A stretch of DNA of 63,441 nucleotides, the filler included, from Chiloscyllium plagiosum (taxonomy: Eukaryota): the NCBI RefSeq assembly GCF_004010195.1. It is 3 parts of one record of this genome, joined end to end, with 100 filler letters (N's around TTAATTAATTAA, not from the genome) between each part and the next. Parts side by side here need not be neighbours in the genome. Positions count along the whole stretch, not along the records: positions 59,824 to 63,441 come from NC_057713.1; 2 more parts are not named here. One strand, written 5' to 3'. Numbering within the stretch: the stretch's first letter is position 1; every line of letters starts with the position of its first letter. The notes beneath the pieces were generated by a model, which saw only the letters and a list, made by a program, of their open reading frames with translations, searched no databases and was not told the DNA's origin. Positions 61,621 through 63,441 of the stretch are shown here, piece by piece. Made by a program: the position numbers and the translations under genes.

Positions 61621-63308
61621 TGAAACGGATAAATCCCCAGGACCTGATCTGGTGTAACTGAGAACTCTGTGGGAAGCTAGAGAAGTAATTGCTGGGCCTC
61701 TTACTGAGATATTTGTATCATCAATCATCACAGGTGCGGTGCCAGAACACTGGAGATTGGCAAACTTGGTGCCACTGTTTAAGGAGGGTGGTAACGACAA
61801 GCCAGGGAACTATAGATTGGTGAGCCTGACCTCGGTGGTGGGCAAGTTGTTGGAGGGGATCCTGAGGGACAGGATGTACATGTATTTGGAAAGGCAAGGA
61901 CTGATTAGATCAGTACAGCACAGAACAGGCCCTTCAGCCCACGGTGTTGTGCCGTCCATTGATCCTCGTGTAAGGTAAACCTAATCTACGAACCCTCAAA
62001 TTTCTGTGACCGTATGCATGTCCAGCAGTCTCTTAAATATCCCCAATGACCTCGCTTCCACAACTGCTGCTGGCAACGCATTCCATGCTCTCTCAACTCT
62101 CTGCGTAAAGAACCCGCCTCTGACATCCCCTCTATACTTTCCGCCAAACAGCTTAAAACTATTACCCCTCATGTTAACAATTTCTGTCCTGGGAATAAGT
62201 CTCTGGCTATCAACTCTATCTATGCCTCTCATTATCTTGTACACCTCAATTAGGTCCCCTCTCTTCCTTTTTTCCAATGAAAAAAGTCCGAGCTCAGTCA
62301 ACATCTCTTCGTAAGATAAGCCCTCCATTCCAAGCAGCATCTGGTAAACTCCTCTGAATCCTCTCCAAAGCATCCACATCTTTCCTATAATAGGGCTACC
62401 AGAACTGGAGGAGAAAGTGAAGTCTGCAGATGCTGGAGATCAGAGCTGAAAATGTGTTGCTGGAAAAGCGCAGCAGGTCAGGCAGCATCCAGGGAACAGG
62501 AGAATCGATGTTTCGGGCATAAGCCCTTCTTCCTGGACACAGTATTCCAAGTGCAGTCAAACCAAAGTTTTATAGAGCTGCAACAAGATCTCACAGCTCT
62601 TAAACTCAATCCCCCTGTAATGAAAGCCAAAACACCATATGCTTTATTAACAACCCTGTCCACTTGGGTGGCAATTTTAAGGGATCTATGTACCTGCACA
62701 CCAAGATCCCGCTGTTCCTCCACACTGCCAAGAATCCTATCTTTAATCCTGTACTCAACTTTCAAGTTCGACCTTCCAAAACGCATCACTTTGCATTTAA
62801 CCAAGTTGAACCCCATCTGCCACCTCTCAGCCCATCTCTGCATCCTGTCAATGTCATGCTGCAGCCTACAACAGTCCTCTATACTGTCAACAACATCTCT
62901 ATCATTTGTGTCATCTGCAAACTTGCTAACCCATCCTTCAATCTCCTCATCCAAGTCATTAATAAAAATTACAAAGAGTAGAGGCCCAAGAACAGAGCCC
63001 TGTGGAACACCACTCACCACTGACTTCCAGGCAGAATACTTTCCTTTCACTACCACTCGCTGTTTTCTGTCGACCAGCCAATTCTGTATTCAGACAGCTG
63101 AATTTCCCTGTATCCCATTCCTCCTGACCTTCTGAACGAGCCTACCACGGGGAACCTTATCAAATGCCTTGCTGAAATCCATATACCGCACATCCACCGT
63201 TCGACCCTCATCAACTTGTCTAGTAACATCCTCAAAGAACTCAATAAGAAGAGGGACAGTCAGCATGGCTTTGTGCGTGGGAAATCATGTCTCACAAACT
63301 TGATTGAA
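61620..63308. mobile_element. Nested CR1s: + copy (61620-61908 and 63250-63308) split by a - copy (61910-63249), which carries a PLE terminal fragment (62409-62532)
   Basis: The outer copy reads ctgattag|ggacagtcagcatggc across the insert. Inner ORF has SGVPQGSVLGP..FADDT. Confidence 0.85.
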
Positions 63309-63441
63309 TTTTTTTTTTATAGATATTTTTATTAGAAATTTAACATTTTTACAAGTTTACAAAAATAAACAAAACTCTCAGATATAAACATTGATATACA
63401 ATTAGCTCAAATATACAATAGCCAAAATTTGACAAAAAAAA
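63309..63441 (-). mobile_element. 3' end of a polyadenylated retroelement (L1-like)
   Basis: Minus strand AATAAA-aatatctat-poly(A). Confidence 0.55.

Noticed and set aside
62505..62532. Hammerhead motif on the - strand
   Set aside because: Truncated within the core (leading CT of CTGA missing), so it cannot be active.

Overview
Repeat-rich vertebrate genomic DNA, very probably from a shark or other elasmobranch (HE1/V-SINE-type SINEs, dense CR1 LINEs, Penelope-like elements). The + strand carries the last five coding exons of KIF9 (7448-28949), which splice in frame with canonical GT-AG sites. Converging on it from the - strand, 875 bp away, is the terminal coding exon of a delta/zeta-class tubulin (29825-30060) that I read as zeta-tubulin; its upstream exons were not found in the window. 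The rest is mostly transposon-derived: nested CR1 copies, a degenerate RTE, a Tx1 fragment, two L1 copies (one apparently nested in the other), Gypsy remnants and a solo LTR, a Tigger-like DNA element, and many Penelope-like elements (PLEs). The PLEs carry minimal hammerhead-ribozyme motifs (CTGANGA...GAAA). They range from a GIY-YIG-encoding copy with about 430-bp inverted terminal repeats to a set of about 130-235-bp fold-back insertions, most with 12-16-bp target-site duplications. Two gaps contain an artificial TTAATTAATTAA linker, so contiguity across 31.2 kb and 59.8 kb is uncertain. All homology calls come from motif recognition and recalled sequences, not database searches.
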